NCBI GenBank assembly: GCA_963734535.1
Contig: CAVTHS010000008.1
Location: 448,001 to 512,000 of the forward strand
Reading direction: 5' to 3'
DNA length: 64,000 bases
Source: an uncultured Chloroflexia bacterium
GTDB taxonomy: Bacteria; Chloroflexota; Limnocylindria; Limnocylindrales; CSP1-4
The position numbers and the translations under genes are program-made. Of this stretch, positions 8,886 through 19,459 are shown piece after piece. Numbering within the stretch: position 1 is the first letter of the stretch; each line of letters opens with the position of its first letter. The notes under the pieces were generated by a model. The model had not been told where the DNA came from, did not search any database, and saw only the letters and a list, made by a program, of their open reading frames with translations.

Positions 8886-9189
8886 CGGCGGGCAAGTGAC
8901 CACCCGCTCGCCGTAGCTGACCCTCGTGCGCTCGCGCGAGGGCGCTTCATTGCACCGATGTCGCCTCCAACTGCCGCGGGACCCCGCACGCCCAGGGCCG
9001 CGATCGTGTTCGTCGAGTGACGGCCCATGGGCGGCTGCACGTGCCGGAACCGGAGGCGTACAAGCTTGGGTGTCCTCGACAGTCTGTAGATCGGCCGCCG
9101 GCATGCTCACTGACGCCCTCTCAACGGCGCTGCATGACCATCGGAAACGTCTCGGGATCGGCTCGACGCCCTGCAACTGGTCCCGACCC

Positions 9190-9860
9190 TGACGTGACTC
9201 CACGCCGTCCGGCAGGCGTGATCCCACGCCTTGCATCGGCGCCGACCGGCCTGACAGTGGTGGTGCGTCCCTGACCACCTATACCGCAGTCGAGGTCGCG
9301 CCGCCATGCATGGATATCAGGGACGTCGATCCCGCTGGGTGATCGGATTCGCGGTGCTGGGCCTCCTCGCGCTGCCGATGTCGGTCTCGGCCGCGCCGGC
9401 CGCGAATGGGGTGCCGGCCGTCTACCTCGGTGGCCAGCGGATCGAGGGCCGCGCGGCAGCCAACCTCTTCTGTCACGACCGGGACTACCCCGTCATTCGC
9501 TGCTTCCGAACGGCAGCCGACCGGGCCACCAAGGAGGGCGGGCTCGCCGGGGCGCCGGATGGCGCGGTCGCCGGCAGCGTTGGTCAGCCCAACCTCCTGA
9601 GCCCGTACGTCCGCTGGTACCGCGATGCCAACTTCAGCGGTCCGAGCTTCGAAGCCTATGTCTACGAGCCGGACCTGGCCGCGATCGGCTGGGACAACCA
9701 GATCAGCTCCTTCATGCCCCTCAACGGCGGCCATCCTCTGTGGTGGACGGGGCCGAACCGGACCGGCAACAGGTGGGACTGGGGCACCGCTTCGGCGGCC
9801 ACCCTCGGCGCTGCCAACGACCAGTTCTCGAGCACGGACAAGGGCTGATCGGGGGGGAGG
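9190..9860 (+). repeat. Cassette leader repeat, copy 3
   Basis: Near-identical to copy 2; dyads at 9193 and 9217, TTGCAT at 9231. Confidence 0.95.
9306..9848 (+). CDS. Secreted beta/gamma-crystallin-fold protein (I36-like), paralog of 6101-6643
   Basis: Differs from the first copy at 8 of 180 residues, 6 of them in the first 36 residues. Confidence 0.75.
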   Translation: MHGYQGRRSRWVIGFAVLGLLALPMSVSAAPAANGVPAVYLGGQRIEGRAAANLFCHDRDYPVIRCFRTAADRATKEGGLAGAPDGAVAGSVGQPNLLSPYVRWYRDANFSGPSFEAYVYEPDLAAIGWDNQISSFMPLNGGHPLWWTGPNRTGNRWDWGTASAATLGAANDQFSSTDKG

Positions 9861-10091
9861 TGAACCACCGCTGAGGAGGTGCCGCAAGCCTGATCTTCCG
9901 ACAATGATGTCCCAGTCAGATTCACCGGTCCTGAAGTGCGTACATGCGTTCGGAGCCGTGCGCGGAGGATTGTTCGCCGGTCGATGTTCTGCCGAACGGG
10001 CGACGATCGCCACTTTGTCAATCCGGAAGGGAGTCCCCCAGCAGGTCGACGAAGGCTCCTTCTGGTTGTTGTTACGAACAAGGAGTCAACA

Positions 10092-11471
10092 ATGTACAGA
10101 ACGATAGCTGCGTGGCTTCTCGTCGTCACAACCGTCGGTTCGGCGGTGACTTCACTAACGCCTTTGCGGGTGCAGGCGGGTGCACCCGACGCGCTCAGCA
10201 GCCCCGACGTGAGCCATTCAAAGACAACCGATTGCACAACCTTGACGGCTGCCGGACAACAGGATCTCGTCTGTCGCGACCTGCTGTTTCGACTCACGTT
10301 CGGCTACAACACCGACCTCGCGGTGATCAAGGCCCTGCGAGCTGATCCGGCGTCCGCGCCTTCGATCAAGACATATGGCATCGCATTGACACCCGACGAG
10401 GCCGCCGACTTCGGAGCGCGCCAGGCAGAGCAGGACATGATCGCGAACCTGCGCGAACGAGCTGCCGGCCTTGCCGGGTTCGCAGGTCTCTACGTCGACC
10501 AGGCCCATGGGGGCCAGGTCGTGCTGCTCGTGACGCCATCCGACACCGATGCGGCGGCGACGCTGTTGGCACAGGCGCAAACGCGCCTCTCAGGCCGAGT
10601 CGTCACGGCAACGCGAACGTACACAGAGCTCGAAGGCACGGCTGCCGCAATCGAAGGCCGCCGGCTTGTCATCGAGGCGGGCGGGTCCACCATCACCTAT
10701 CTCGGCATCGGCGAGGTCGAGAACCAGGTCGTCGTGGGCATCGACCCTTACTCTGAGGTCGTGGCAGCGGCTCTATGGAAGGCATTCGGAGACTCCGTCC
10801 AGACCATCGCGCGTGTGGCGCCCGAGCCTGCGACGTGCAGTCGAGACAATTGCGCCAATCCGCTGAAGGGCGGGCTGACGATCTACGACAGCGCGGGCGC
10901 GATGTGCACGTCGAACTTCGTCTACAGAGACGCGTCCAGCAACCCCTTTCTCGTGACCGCTGGCCACTGCGCATCTGGGTCGTTCCGCCACAACGGCGTC
11001 TCCATCGGGTCGACGGCGTCAGGATCCCGTCAGTGGTACGACTACTCGCCGGCGGACGCCCAGGCCATCACGATCGCCAGCGCGCAGAAGAGCAATTACG
11101 TCATGACAGATACTGGAGTACCTCCGACGCTCGATTTCGTGACCGGCCGCCGAACCAGTGACTACGTGGGAATGACGGTGTGCACACAGAGTTGGCGGGT
11201 CGGCCGCAGCTGCGGAATGATCTCCGGCATCGAGATCACGGTCTGCTACGGCGACCCGTGCTCGATCCACATCACCCATATGCGCCAGGCGACGTTCGAA
11301 GCGTACGCTGGCGATAGTGGAGGGCCTGTGTTCGACTATTGGGCGCTGGGGCTGGAAGCGACTGGAATCATGTCCGGCGCCACCTCTGACGCGCACATCA
11401 ACTACTACAGTCCGATCTGGTACGTCACCGGCGGGCGGACGCCATGTCTCAACAGCTCATGCTCGAGCTAG
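10092..11471 (+). CDS. Secreted S1 (alpha-lytic/streptogrisin-like) serine protease with prodomain
   Basis: AAGGAG SD; signal peptide; catalytic motifs FLVTAGHC, ADAQAI and GDSGGP. Confidence 0.9.
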   Translation: MYRTIAAWLLVVTTVGSAVTSLTPLRVQAGAPDALSSPDVSHSKTTDCTTLTAAGQQDLVCRDLLFRLTFGYNTDLAVIKALRADPASAPSIKTYGIALTPDEAADFGARQAEQDMIANLRERAAGLAGFAGLYVDQAHGGQVVLLVTPSDTDAAATLLAQAQTRLSGRVVTATRTYTELEGTAAAIEGRRLVIEAGGSTITYLGIGEVENQVVVGIDPYSEVVAAALWKAFGDSVQTIARVAPEPATCSRDNCANPLKGGLTIYDSAGAMCTSNFVYRDASSNPFLVTAGHCASGSFRHNGVSIGSTASGSRQWYDYSPADAQAITIASAQKSNYVMTDTGVPPTLDFVTGRRTSDYVGMTVCTQSWRVGRSCGMISGIEITVCYGDPCSIHITHMRQATFEAYAGDSGGPVFDYWALGLEATGIMSGATSDAHINYYSPIWYVTGGRTPCLNSSCSS

Positions 11472-11974
11472 ACGCCCGCCTGCCGGGCGCGGCGCCTCTT
11501 GCAACGGCCGCGTCGACGACGACCGGCCAGGCCTGTCGTGTCCCGTCTCTCGTCCTGCTCGTTGCGTCCATATTGGCCTCTGCAACTGCTTGCGTTGACC
11601 GGGGACCGAGCCCATCGCCCTCCCCCTCCGGATGGCCGACTAGGACGCCCTTCCCACTGCCATCCGGTGCGGTCGATGTCCCCATCCCTACTGCTTCGCC
11701 CGCGACATCCGAGCCCGCGGTCTGGGCCTGCGCAGCGTCCATCCTCGCGCCCGTGACCGTGGAATGGAACGCCGCGAGTCACGTCCTCAGTTTCGGTGGC
11801 CGCAGCCTTATTTGGCCACGGGGCTTCTCAGCACGGGAGTACAACGGCCGCCTCGAGATCGTGGAGCCGGACGGCAGCGTGATCGGCCGAGCTGGCGACC
11901 TGCTCAGCGAACTCGGCGGCGACGATGGCGGGATTTGCTCGGTGAATCTCAAGGTCTACGGGCCCGCCCAGTAG
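11444..11974 (+). CDS. Putative lipoprotein (start uncertain)
   Basis: Hydrophobic LVLLVASILASATAC lipobox-like stretch, P/S-rich linker, 'WPRGFSA...DGSVIGRAGD' domain. Confidence 0.65.
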   Translation: MSQQLMLELDARLPGAAPLATAASTTTGQACRVPSLVLLVASILASATACVDRGPSPSPSPSGWPTRTPFPLPSGAVDVPIPTASPATSEPAVWACAASILAPVTVEWNAASHVLSFGGRSLIWPRGFSAREYNGRLEIVEPDGSVIGRAGDLLSELGGDDGGICSVNLKVYGPAQ

Positions 11975-12118
11975 GTGCCGTTGCCGCGATCCGCCCTGTT
12001 CGAGCGCGCCAACAGATGGCACCGGCCCGTGTGGAGCGTAGCGAGTCGGGTTTCGGGCCCGCCTCGAGTTGAGCACGATCCGGTGTCGCGCTCATCGTCA
12101 GCCTGGCGTCGTGTATGG

Positions 12119-12154
12119 CGTTAGGGAGCGCGTTACGGAGCGCGTTGAGGAGCG
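12119..12154 (+). repeat. Three tandem 12-bp repeats CGTTxxGGAGCG
   Basis: cgttagggagcg cgttacggagcg cgttgaggagcg. Confidence 0.8.
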
Positions 12155-12564
12155 CGACAGTGTCGTGACCCTCAACACTCACTCGGCCCACTCGCCTCTC
12201 CCGACGTTCAGGGCGCCGAGCCGGGCCGCCCTCCCGAACAACCCTCGCGGGGGGACCGCACCGGGGGAGGTCCGTGTTCAGTAGTGCGGGCAGTACCTCA
12301 AGAGCGACGTCCCGGGCCCGCGTCCTCGGCCGAGATCCGGGGGTCTACTGGCATCCGCGCGCTTGAGTCCTGTCAGCCCTACGACCGTCCCCCGCGGCCA
12401 GTCATCTTGATCGTCGCCGAGCTGCCAGAACGCCGTGTTCGGCTCGCGAAAATTATGCGCTGAAGGCCAGTTTCACGCTCTCGGCCGCAGCGCCTAACTT
12501 GGCCAGAATCAGCCAGTTCGTGCGGGGATTCTGAGTTCAGAGCACAGCGCTCGACAAAGGGAGA

Positions 12565-12603
12565 CTTGGAAGGCTGCCGCTCTGCCAGCTGAGCTACTCC
12601 CGC
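12565..12603 (-). tRNA. tRNA-Gly(TCC), 5' half only (nt 1-39), interrupted after the anticodon loop
   Basis: GCGGGAGTAGCTCAGCTGGCAGAGCGGCAGCCTTCCAAG gives acceptor 5' strand, D-arm and anticodon TCC at 34-36. The expected CTGC and T-arm do not follow. TGC-TACGCT -10-like element upstream (12629-12637). Confidence 0.85.
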
Positions 12604-12784
12604 CCGCGGTTTCTCGAGGCGCCGAGAGAGCGTAGCACGGGTGTGAGCACGGCCGCCGGCGAGTGCGGCCGCCGGCGAGAGACGGCGTGTTTCTGCGCGG
12701 CTCCGGCGGCGCCGCAGAGGCGAGCGCGCGACGCGCGACGCTCGCTCGGGAGCAACTCCGGCCCCGACGCGCGATCATCTCGCG

Positions 12785-13339
12785 ATGATTGCGCCTCGGC
12801 TGACCGGCACCCACCTGAGCCTCCGGATCGTGGAGGAGGCCGACCGTCCGCGACTCCTGTCGATCCTCCGCGAGCCGAGCGTCACCCGGTGGTGGGGATC
12901 GCGGACGGCGGAGGAGGCTGTCGACGACCTGTTCGAGCCATACCAGACCACCTTCGTGATCGAGGTGGATGGCGAGGTGGTTGGGAGCATCCAGGTCGCC
13001 GAGGAAGACGAGCCCGACTACCGCCATGCCGGGATCGACCTGTTCGTCGATACCGGACACCAGGGCAGGGGGATCGGGCCCGAGGCGATCTGGCTCGTCG
13101 CGCGGTACCTGTTCGAGGCCCGCGGGCATCATCGCCTCACCATCGACCCGGCGGCCGCGAACGCGCGCGCAATCCGGGCCTACGAACGCGTCGGGTTCCG
13201 GCCGGTCGGGGTCATGCGGGATTACGAGCGCGGCCGCGACGGCACGTGGCACGACGGGCTGCTGATGGACCTCCTCACCGGCGAGCTTCAGGAGCCGCAA
13301 CCCGCCGGCGAACGTCGAGGATCCGTTCGGAGAGACTAG
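12785..13339 (+). CDS. GNAT N-acetyltransferase (AAC(6')/RimJ-like)
   Basis: HAGIDLFVDTGHQGRGIG; HHRLTIDPAAANARAIRAYERVGF. Confidence 0.88.
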   Translation: MIAPRLTGTHLSLRIVEEADRPRLLSILREPSVTRWWGSRTAEEAVDDLFEPYQTTFVIEVDGEVVGSIQVAEEDEPDYRHAGIDLFVDTGHQGRGIGPEAIWLVARYLFEARGHHRLTIDPAAANARAIRAYERVGFRPVGVMRDYERGRDGTWHDGLLMDLLTGELQEPQPAGERRGSVRRD

Positions 13340-14113
13340 CGCTGCGCCATCCTGAGCAGGCCGAAGACCGCGCCCTGCGGGTCGCCGACGATCGCGAACC
13401 TGCCGCCCGGGAAGTCGCGGGGAGGCAGCATCTCGCGCGCCCCGGCGCCGAGCGCCTTCTGGTACGTCGCCGTCGACGTCCTCCACGCCGAAGTACACCA
13501 TCCAGTAGCTGGGCACCTCGGCGGGGACCATCGGGCTCATCTCCATGCCACCCGCGAGGCTGACGCCGGCGAGCTGGAACTCCGTGTAGTCCCCCATGCC
13601 CTCGCCCATCGGCTGTGTCTTCTGGGTCCAGCCGAACACGTGGTTGTAGAACGGGATGACCTTCTCGATGCCGCGGGAGTTCAGCTCGGCCCAGCCGAAC
13701 GTGTTCGGCGCGCCGCTGACGAACCCGGACATGGTCGTGGGCTGCCAGGCCGAGATGAAGGCGCCCGCGGGATCCTGGAAGACGGCCATGCGGCCCTGGT
13801 CCCCGACGTCGAACGGCGGCGCGACGACGGTGCCACCCGCGGCCCGCACCTCCGTGGCCAGGCTCTCGGCGTCCGGGGTGCCGATGTAGAGCATCCAGGC
13901 GGTCGGCGCCCCGGGCGACTGGGTTGGCCCGATGCCGGCGACGTCCTTGTCGCCGATCTTCGCCATCGCGTACCCGCCGTATTGCGGGTCCGGCGAGACC
14001 GCGATGTCCCAGCCGAAGAGCTTCGCGTAGAACTCGCGCGATCCCGCCGGATCAGCGCTCGAGAGGTCGACCCAGGTCGGCTTGTTCACGATCGTCGTCG
14101 CCGCGTTTGCCAT
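13336..14113 (-). CDS. Two-domain VOC/glyoxalase family protein, frameshift near 13471
   Basis: PTWVDLSSADPAGSREFY...GRMAVFQDPAGA; the C-terminus GRFAIVGDPQGAVFGL continues in another frame. Confidence 0.85.
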
Positions 14114-14468
14114 GACGCCCCCTTCGGACTGCGCTGGACGCTCCCGCCGTCGCGAGAGGATTTCGGCGCATGGTAGCAGCGACTCCTGCGAGCGGCTCCC
14201 GCCGTGCGGCCGGTTCCGACCGGGACCGGTTCGGCGACGACCCGGCTACGGCGCGGTCGTGTGATCGTTGCCCGCACAGGTGGCCGGCGACCAGAGCCCG
14301 CTCAGCGCCGCGCGCCGTTGCACCGATTCTGCGCGCTCCCGTGCCGGCTCGGCTGGCACGGCGCGGAGGAGTTGCACGTCACCGCCCGGAGGCGCGCTCC
14401 GCACCCGGAGTGGCGCTGCCACGGGGGACGTCGCGCTGCCATCGCAGGCGTCGCGCTACCATCGGAGC

Positions 14469-14774
14469 ATGTGCCGAAGCATTCGCCCGCTCCGCGTCGC
14501 GGAGCCGCCCACGACCGATGGCGACGTTCGCGCCGCCGCGCTCCAGTACGTCCGCAAGGTGAGCGGCGCGCGGACGCCCCCGCGTCGAAACCCCGAGGCC
14601 TTCGAGGCCGCGATCGCCGAGGTGGCCGCGGCGACGGCGCGGCTCCTGGCGGCGCTGGGCACCCCGGCCGTCGCCGGCGAGGCGACCCCGCCCGCCCTCT
14701 GGCCGCGATCGGGTCGCCGGCGCGAGGAGTGGCGGGACCGCGGACGGCCGTCCGGTCCGGAACCCACCGCGTGA
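14469..14774 (+). CDS. DUF2277 family protein
   Basis: MCRSIRPLR...AAALQYVRKVSG...NPEAFEAAIAEV. Confidence 0.85.
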   Translation: MCRSIRPLRVAEPPTTDGDVRAAALQYVRKVSGARTPPRRNPEAFEAAIAEVAAATARLLAALGTPAVAGEATPPALWPRSGRRREEWRDRGRPSGPEPTA

Positions 14775-15531
14775 CCGACGACGCGACCCGGACGCAGTGG
14801 GCCGCGGTCGCCGAGCAGTACGGCGCGGGCTGGAAGCAGGCGAACGCGCCCGACCTGGGCTGGCTCGTCGCCGCGCTCGACCCGGCACGGACGGACCGCG
14901 CTCTCGACGTCGGGACGGGCGGCGGCCATGCCGCGCTCGCGCTCGCCCCGTCGGTCGCAGCGGTCGTCGGGATCGATCCGACGCCCGAGATGCTGGCCGT
15001 CGCGACTCGCCTCGCCGCGGAGCGTGGCATCCCGAACGTCACGTTCACGCTGGCGGGCGCGGACGCGCTCCCCTTCCCCGACGCGACCTTCGACTGTGCG
15101 ATCAGCCGGTTCTCGATCCACCATTGGCCGCGGCCCGGGGCTGCATTCCGCGAGATCGGCCGGGTGGTCCGGCCGGGTGGGCGGCTCGCGCTCGTCGACC
15201 TGCTGGCACCGGAGGACGGGCCGCTCGACACGTTCATCAACACCGTCGAGCTGTTGCGCGACCCCTCGCACGCCCGGACGCTCCGGGCCTCGGAATGGCT
15301 GGCGCTCCTGGAGGCGGCCGGCTTCGCTGCCGAGGTCGAGCGCAGGTGGGAGCTGGAGCACGACGTGGAGTCGTGGCTTGCCACCGACGGCGCCCGCGCC
15401 CTGGCGCGCGGAGGCGGTCCGGGCGATGCTCCGCGACGCGAGCCCCGCGGCGCGGGAGGCACTTCGGGATCGCGCCGGACGCGGACTCGCTCCGCGTCGA
15501 GTGCGGGCTGATCGTCGCCTCGCGCGCCTGA
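14771..15531 (+). CDS. Class I SAM-dependent methyltransferase (UbiE-like), two apparent frameshifts (~15388, ~15458)
   Basis: ALDVGTGGGH, ALPFPDATFD, VRPGGRL, ELLRDPSH; the C-terminus is spread over three frames. Confidence 0.8.
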
Positions 15532-15631
15532 CCCCGGCGCAGCCACGGCCGCCGGCACATCCACGGCCCGCGGCACGGAGACTGCCGGCGGCACGACCCG
15601 CGCGGACGCCGGGCCAGCCTGCCGGCCTTCC

Positions 15632-17114
15632 CTACCCCGGCGCTGCCCGTCGCAGCGCGATCGCGCGCTGGAAGAGGGCCGCGTACAGCGGCGCCGACGA
15701 CGACTCCCAGGCCCAGTCGACCGCCATCCCGCGGGCGACGAGCGCGCTCCACGGTCCCCGGTCGGCCGCCGTGAAGACCCGGAGCGCCCGGTCCACCGCG
15801 GCGATCAGCGCCTCTGGCGTGGCCTGGTCGAAGAGGAACCCGGTGCCGGCCGCCGGATCGATGCCGAGGTCGACGATCGTGTCGGCAAGGCCGCCGGTGC
15901 GATGGGCGATCGGCGGCGTGCCGTAGCGCATCGCGATCATCTGGCCCTGCCCGCAGGGCTCGAATCGCGACGGCATCAGGAACAGGTCCGCGCCCGCGTA
16001 GATCCGTCGCGAGAGCTCACGGTCGAAGCGCTCGACGATGGCGATCCGGCCGGGCGATCGGATCGCCTCGCCACGAAGCCCGTCGAGCAGCGTCGCGTCG
16101 CCGCTGCCGAGCACCACCAGCCGCGCACCGCGCGCCACGAGCCGCCGCGCCGCACCGGCCACCAGGTCGAAGCCCTTCTGCGGGTCCAGGCGGCCGATGA
16201 CGCCGAGGACGGCCGACGGGTCGGCAGGATCGAGGCCGACGCGGGCGAGCAGGTCCGCCCGGCAGGCCGCCTTTCCGGCCAGGCTCGCCGCGTCGTACGG
16301 CGTCGCGAGCGCCGCATCCGTGGCCGGGTCCCAGACCTCCTGGTCGAGGCCGTTGAGGATCCCGGTGAACCGGTCGCCGCGCGCCACGAGATCGCCGTCG
16401 AGGCCCATCCCGAAGGCCGGGAGGAGGACCTCGCGGGCATAGGTCGGGCTCACCGTGTTGACGGTCTCGGCCCGCCGGATCCCCTCGCCCAGGAGGTCGA
16501 TCCCCCACGCGTCGCCGACCGTCGCGCCCGCCGCCCCCAGGCCGAGCTGGTCGACCCGATCGCGGGGCGTCCACCCGTGATAGGCGAGGTTGTGGATCGT
16601 CAGCGAGACCGCCGCACGACCGACGACCGGGTCGTCGGCGTACTGCACGTCGCGCAGGAGCGCGACCGGGCAGGCATGCCAGTCATGGATCGCGATGACG
16701 TCCACCGGGCGTCGCTCGGCGCGCCGCGTCTCGAGGGCGGCGCGTCCCAGGAGGGCGAAGCGCCGGGCGTTGTCCGGGAAGTCGCCCGAGGCGTCGCCGT
16801 AGAAACCGGCCCGATCGTAGGCGGCCGGGTGGTCGACCAGCCGCAGGCGATACCCGTTCGCGTCGAAGGAGCGGATCGTCACGTCGCTCGTGCCGCCGGG
16901 CGCCAGTGGATCGGGCACCCGGACCTCCAGGTCGTCGACCGCGGCCGACGGCGGCACCTGCGACGCTTCGATAGCGCGGCAGGAAGACCTCGACCGGGCC
17001 GTCGACGGCGCCCGGGATCCGTCCCAGCGCCCGCGCAAGGGCGTCCACGACGTCGCCGAGGCCGCCGGTCTTGGCCCACGGCTCGCATTCGGCGGCGACG
17101 AAGATCACGCGCAT
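15632..17114 (-). CDS. glgA: Glycogen synthase (GT5), frameshift near 16965
   Basis: [43 protein letters not shown]. Confidence 0.93.
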
Positions 17115-17200
17115 GGTGGGCGATGGTAGCCCGGCAGACGCGCGCGCGCCACTAAACCGGTTCACGACCCTGCGGCCCCTCCGGTATCATCGCGGCCCAT

Positions 17201-19410
17201 ATGGTCCCGCTCGTCCGCGTCCCCACCCAGCCCGGCCCCCCGTTCCGGGTCCCTCCCCAGTTCGACGGCCTGCGCACGCTCGCCTACAACCTGTGGTGGA
17301 TGTGGCATCCCCGTGCCGCGATGCTCTTCAGCCGGCTGGAGCCGAACGCGTGGTCGCGCTACCGGAACCCGGTGGCCCTCCTCCAGACCGCGATCAACTG
17401 GAGAGCCGCTCGTCGAGGATCCGGTCTTCATCACCGAGTACCACGACGTGATGGCGGCGTTCGAGCACTACCTGGCGAACGGGGCGGATCACTGGTTCAA
17501 CCGCCGCCATGCGGGCCAGCTGACGGGGCCGATCGCCTACTTCTGCGCCGAGTACGGCTTCCACGAGTCGCTGGGCATCTACTCCGGCGGGCTCGGCGTC
17601 CTCGCCGGCGACCACATGAAGTCGGCCAGCGACATGGCGCTGCCGCTGGTGGGCGTGGGGCTCCTCTACCGCAAGGGCTACTTCCGCCAGACGATCGACG
17701 CGGACGGCCACCAGGAGCACGAGTACCCCGACTTCGACCTGGGGCGCCTCCCCTTCCTGCGGGTGCTCGACCCGATGGGCGACCCGCTGTCGGTCCCGGT
17801 CGAGCTGCCCGGCCGGGTGGTCTCCGCCGCTGTCTGGCTGCTCCAGGTGGGCCGCGTCCCGGTCCTCCTGCTCGACACGGACCACTCGGGCAACGACGAT
17901 GCGGATCGCCCGATCACCCACATCCTGTACGTCCGCGGGCGCGAGATGCGGCTGCACCAGGAGCTGGTCCTGGGCGTTGGCGGCGTCCGCGCGCTTCGGT
18001 CGCTCGGCCTGGCGCCGGGCGTCTGGCACCTGAACGAGGGCCACTCCGCGTTCCTGCTCGTGGAGCGGGTCCGCGAGCTCGTCGCGGCCGGGATGCCGCT
18101 CGCGGACGCCTGGGCCGCCGTGCGCCGGTCGAGCGTCTTCACGATCCACACGCCGGTCTCGGCCGGCAACGAGCGCTTCGACGCGGGCCTGGTCCGGCGT
18201 CTCGCCGGGCCCGTTCTGCGAGGGGGACGGCGCGCCGGGCGGCGGCGTGCCGCTCGACGAGATCCTCCGCCTCGGCCTCGGCGTGGACGGCGACGCCGGG
18301 CAGTTCGACATGACCGCCTTCAGCCTCCGCCTCTCGAACGGGGCGAACGCCGTCTCCCGGCTCCACGCGGAGACCGCCAACGACACGTGGGAGCCGATCC
18401 TGGGCACGCGGGCGATCCTGGGGATCACGAACGGCATCCACACGCCGACCTGGGTGGGTCGCGCAACGCGCGAGCTGTTCGAGCGCCACCTCGACGCCGA
18501 CCTGGACGACCTGGACGGCCAGACCGACGCGGCGCACTTCTGGGAGCGCGTCGGGCGCGTCCCCGACCGCGACCTCTGGGATGCGCACCAGTACCAGAAG
18601 CTGGAGCTGGCCGTCTTCGGCCGGCAGCGGCTCCGATCGCAGCTTGCACGGCACGGCGAGTCCCCGGCGACGCTCCTCGAGCTCGACAGCGCGCTGGACC
18701 CGGCCATCCTCACGATCGGGTTCGCCCGCCGGTTCGCCACCTACAAGCGGGCACAGCTCCTGTTCACCGACATGGAGCGCCTCCGCCGCCTGGTCTGGAG
18801 CGCGGACCGACCGGTCCAGTTCGTGTTCGCCGGGAAGGCACACCCGGCAGACCGGCCGGGGCAGCAGGTCATCCAGGCGATCTTCGAGCGGAGCCGCTCC
18901 GCGGAGCTGCGCGGGCGCGTCTTCGTCCTCGAGGACTACAGCATGCGGGTCGCGAAGCTCCTCGTGCGCGGCGTCGACGTCTGGCTGAACAACCCGCGCC
19001 GCCCGCTGGAAGCGTCGGGGACCTCGGGCATGAAGGCCGCCGCGAACGGCATCGTCAACCTGTCCGTGCTCGACGGGTGGTGGGACGAGGGCTGGACCGG
19101 CGACAACGGCTGGGCAATCGGCGGCCGCGTCACGAACCCCGACGAGGGTGCCCAGGACTGGGCCGACGCGCTGGACCTCTACCGCATCCTCGAGGACGAG
19201 GTCGTGCCCCGCTACTACGAACGGACCGCTGCGGGGCTCCCGCGCGAGTGGCTGGCGCTCATGAAGCGGTCCATGGCCACCACCATCTGGCGGTTCTCCA
19301 CGACGCGCATGCTGCACGAGTACGCGGAGCAGCTCTACCTGCCGGCCGCCGGGGTCGACCTCTCCGGGCCGACGGCGAGCAGGCGGCAGCTGGTCACCGA
19401 GGCGGGCTGA
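17201..19410 (+). CDS. glgP: Alpha-glucan phosphorylase, frameshifts near 17402 and 18220
   Basis: LAYNLWWMW, YSGGLGVLAGDH, HLNEGH, FARRFATYKR, EASGTSGMK. Confidence 0.93.
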
Positions 19411-19459
19411 GCTGCCCGCCGATCGTCGGAGGTTCGGGCCGACAGGCACAGGAGGACTC

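Larger units (their letters stand above)
1..12564. mobile_element. Putative genomic island (right end), bounded by an interrupted tRNA-Gly; no integrase inside the window
   Basis: Ends exactly where a tRNA-Gly 5' half breaks off. Cargo is accessory (TA-like genes, duplicated cassettes, secreted proteases), and A/T-ending codons look more frequent than in flanking core genes (visual impression). Confidence 0.6.

Noticed and set aside
4235-9860. Cassette repeats as IS elements, integron attC sites, CRISPR or DGR template/variable repeats
   Set aside because: No transposase, terminal inverted repeats, integron integrase, cas or reverse transcriptase. The repeats are promoter-plus-gene duplications and the differences are not adenine-specific.
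12338-12383. tRNA-Pro 3'-like fragment (GGGGGTC...TCCTGTCAGCCC)
   Set aside because: Only about 12 nt match and there is no T-loop; not distinguishable from chance by eye.
12075-12564. Group I/II intron inside tRNA-Gly
   Set aside because: No recognisable group I core elements or group II GUGYG start/domain V, and no intact 3' exon.
12509-13470. 534-aa ORF extension of the VOC protein
   Set aside because: Frameshift read-through antisense to the GNAT gene and across the tRNA fragment.
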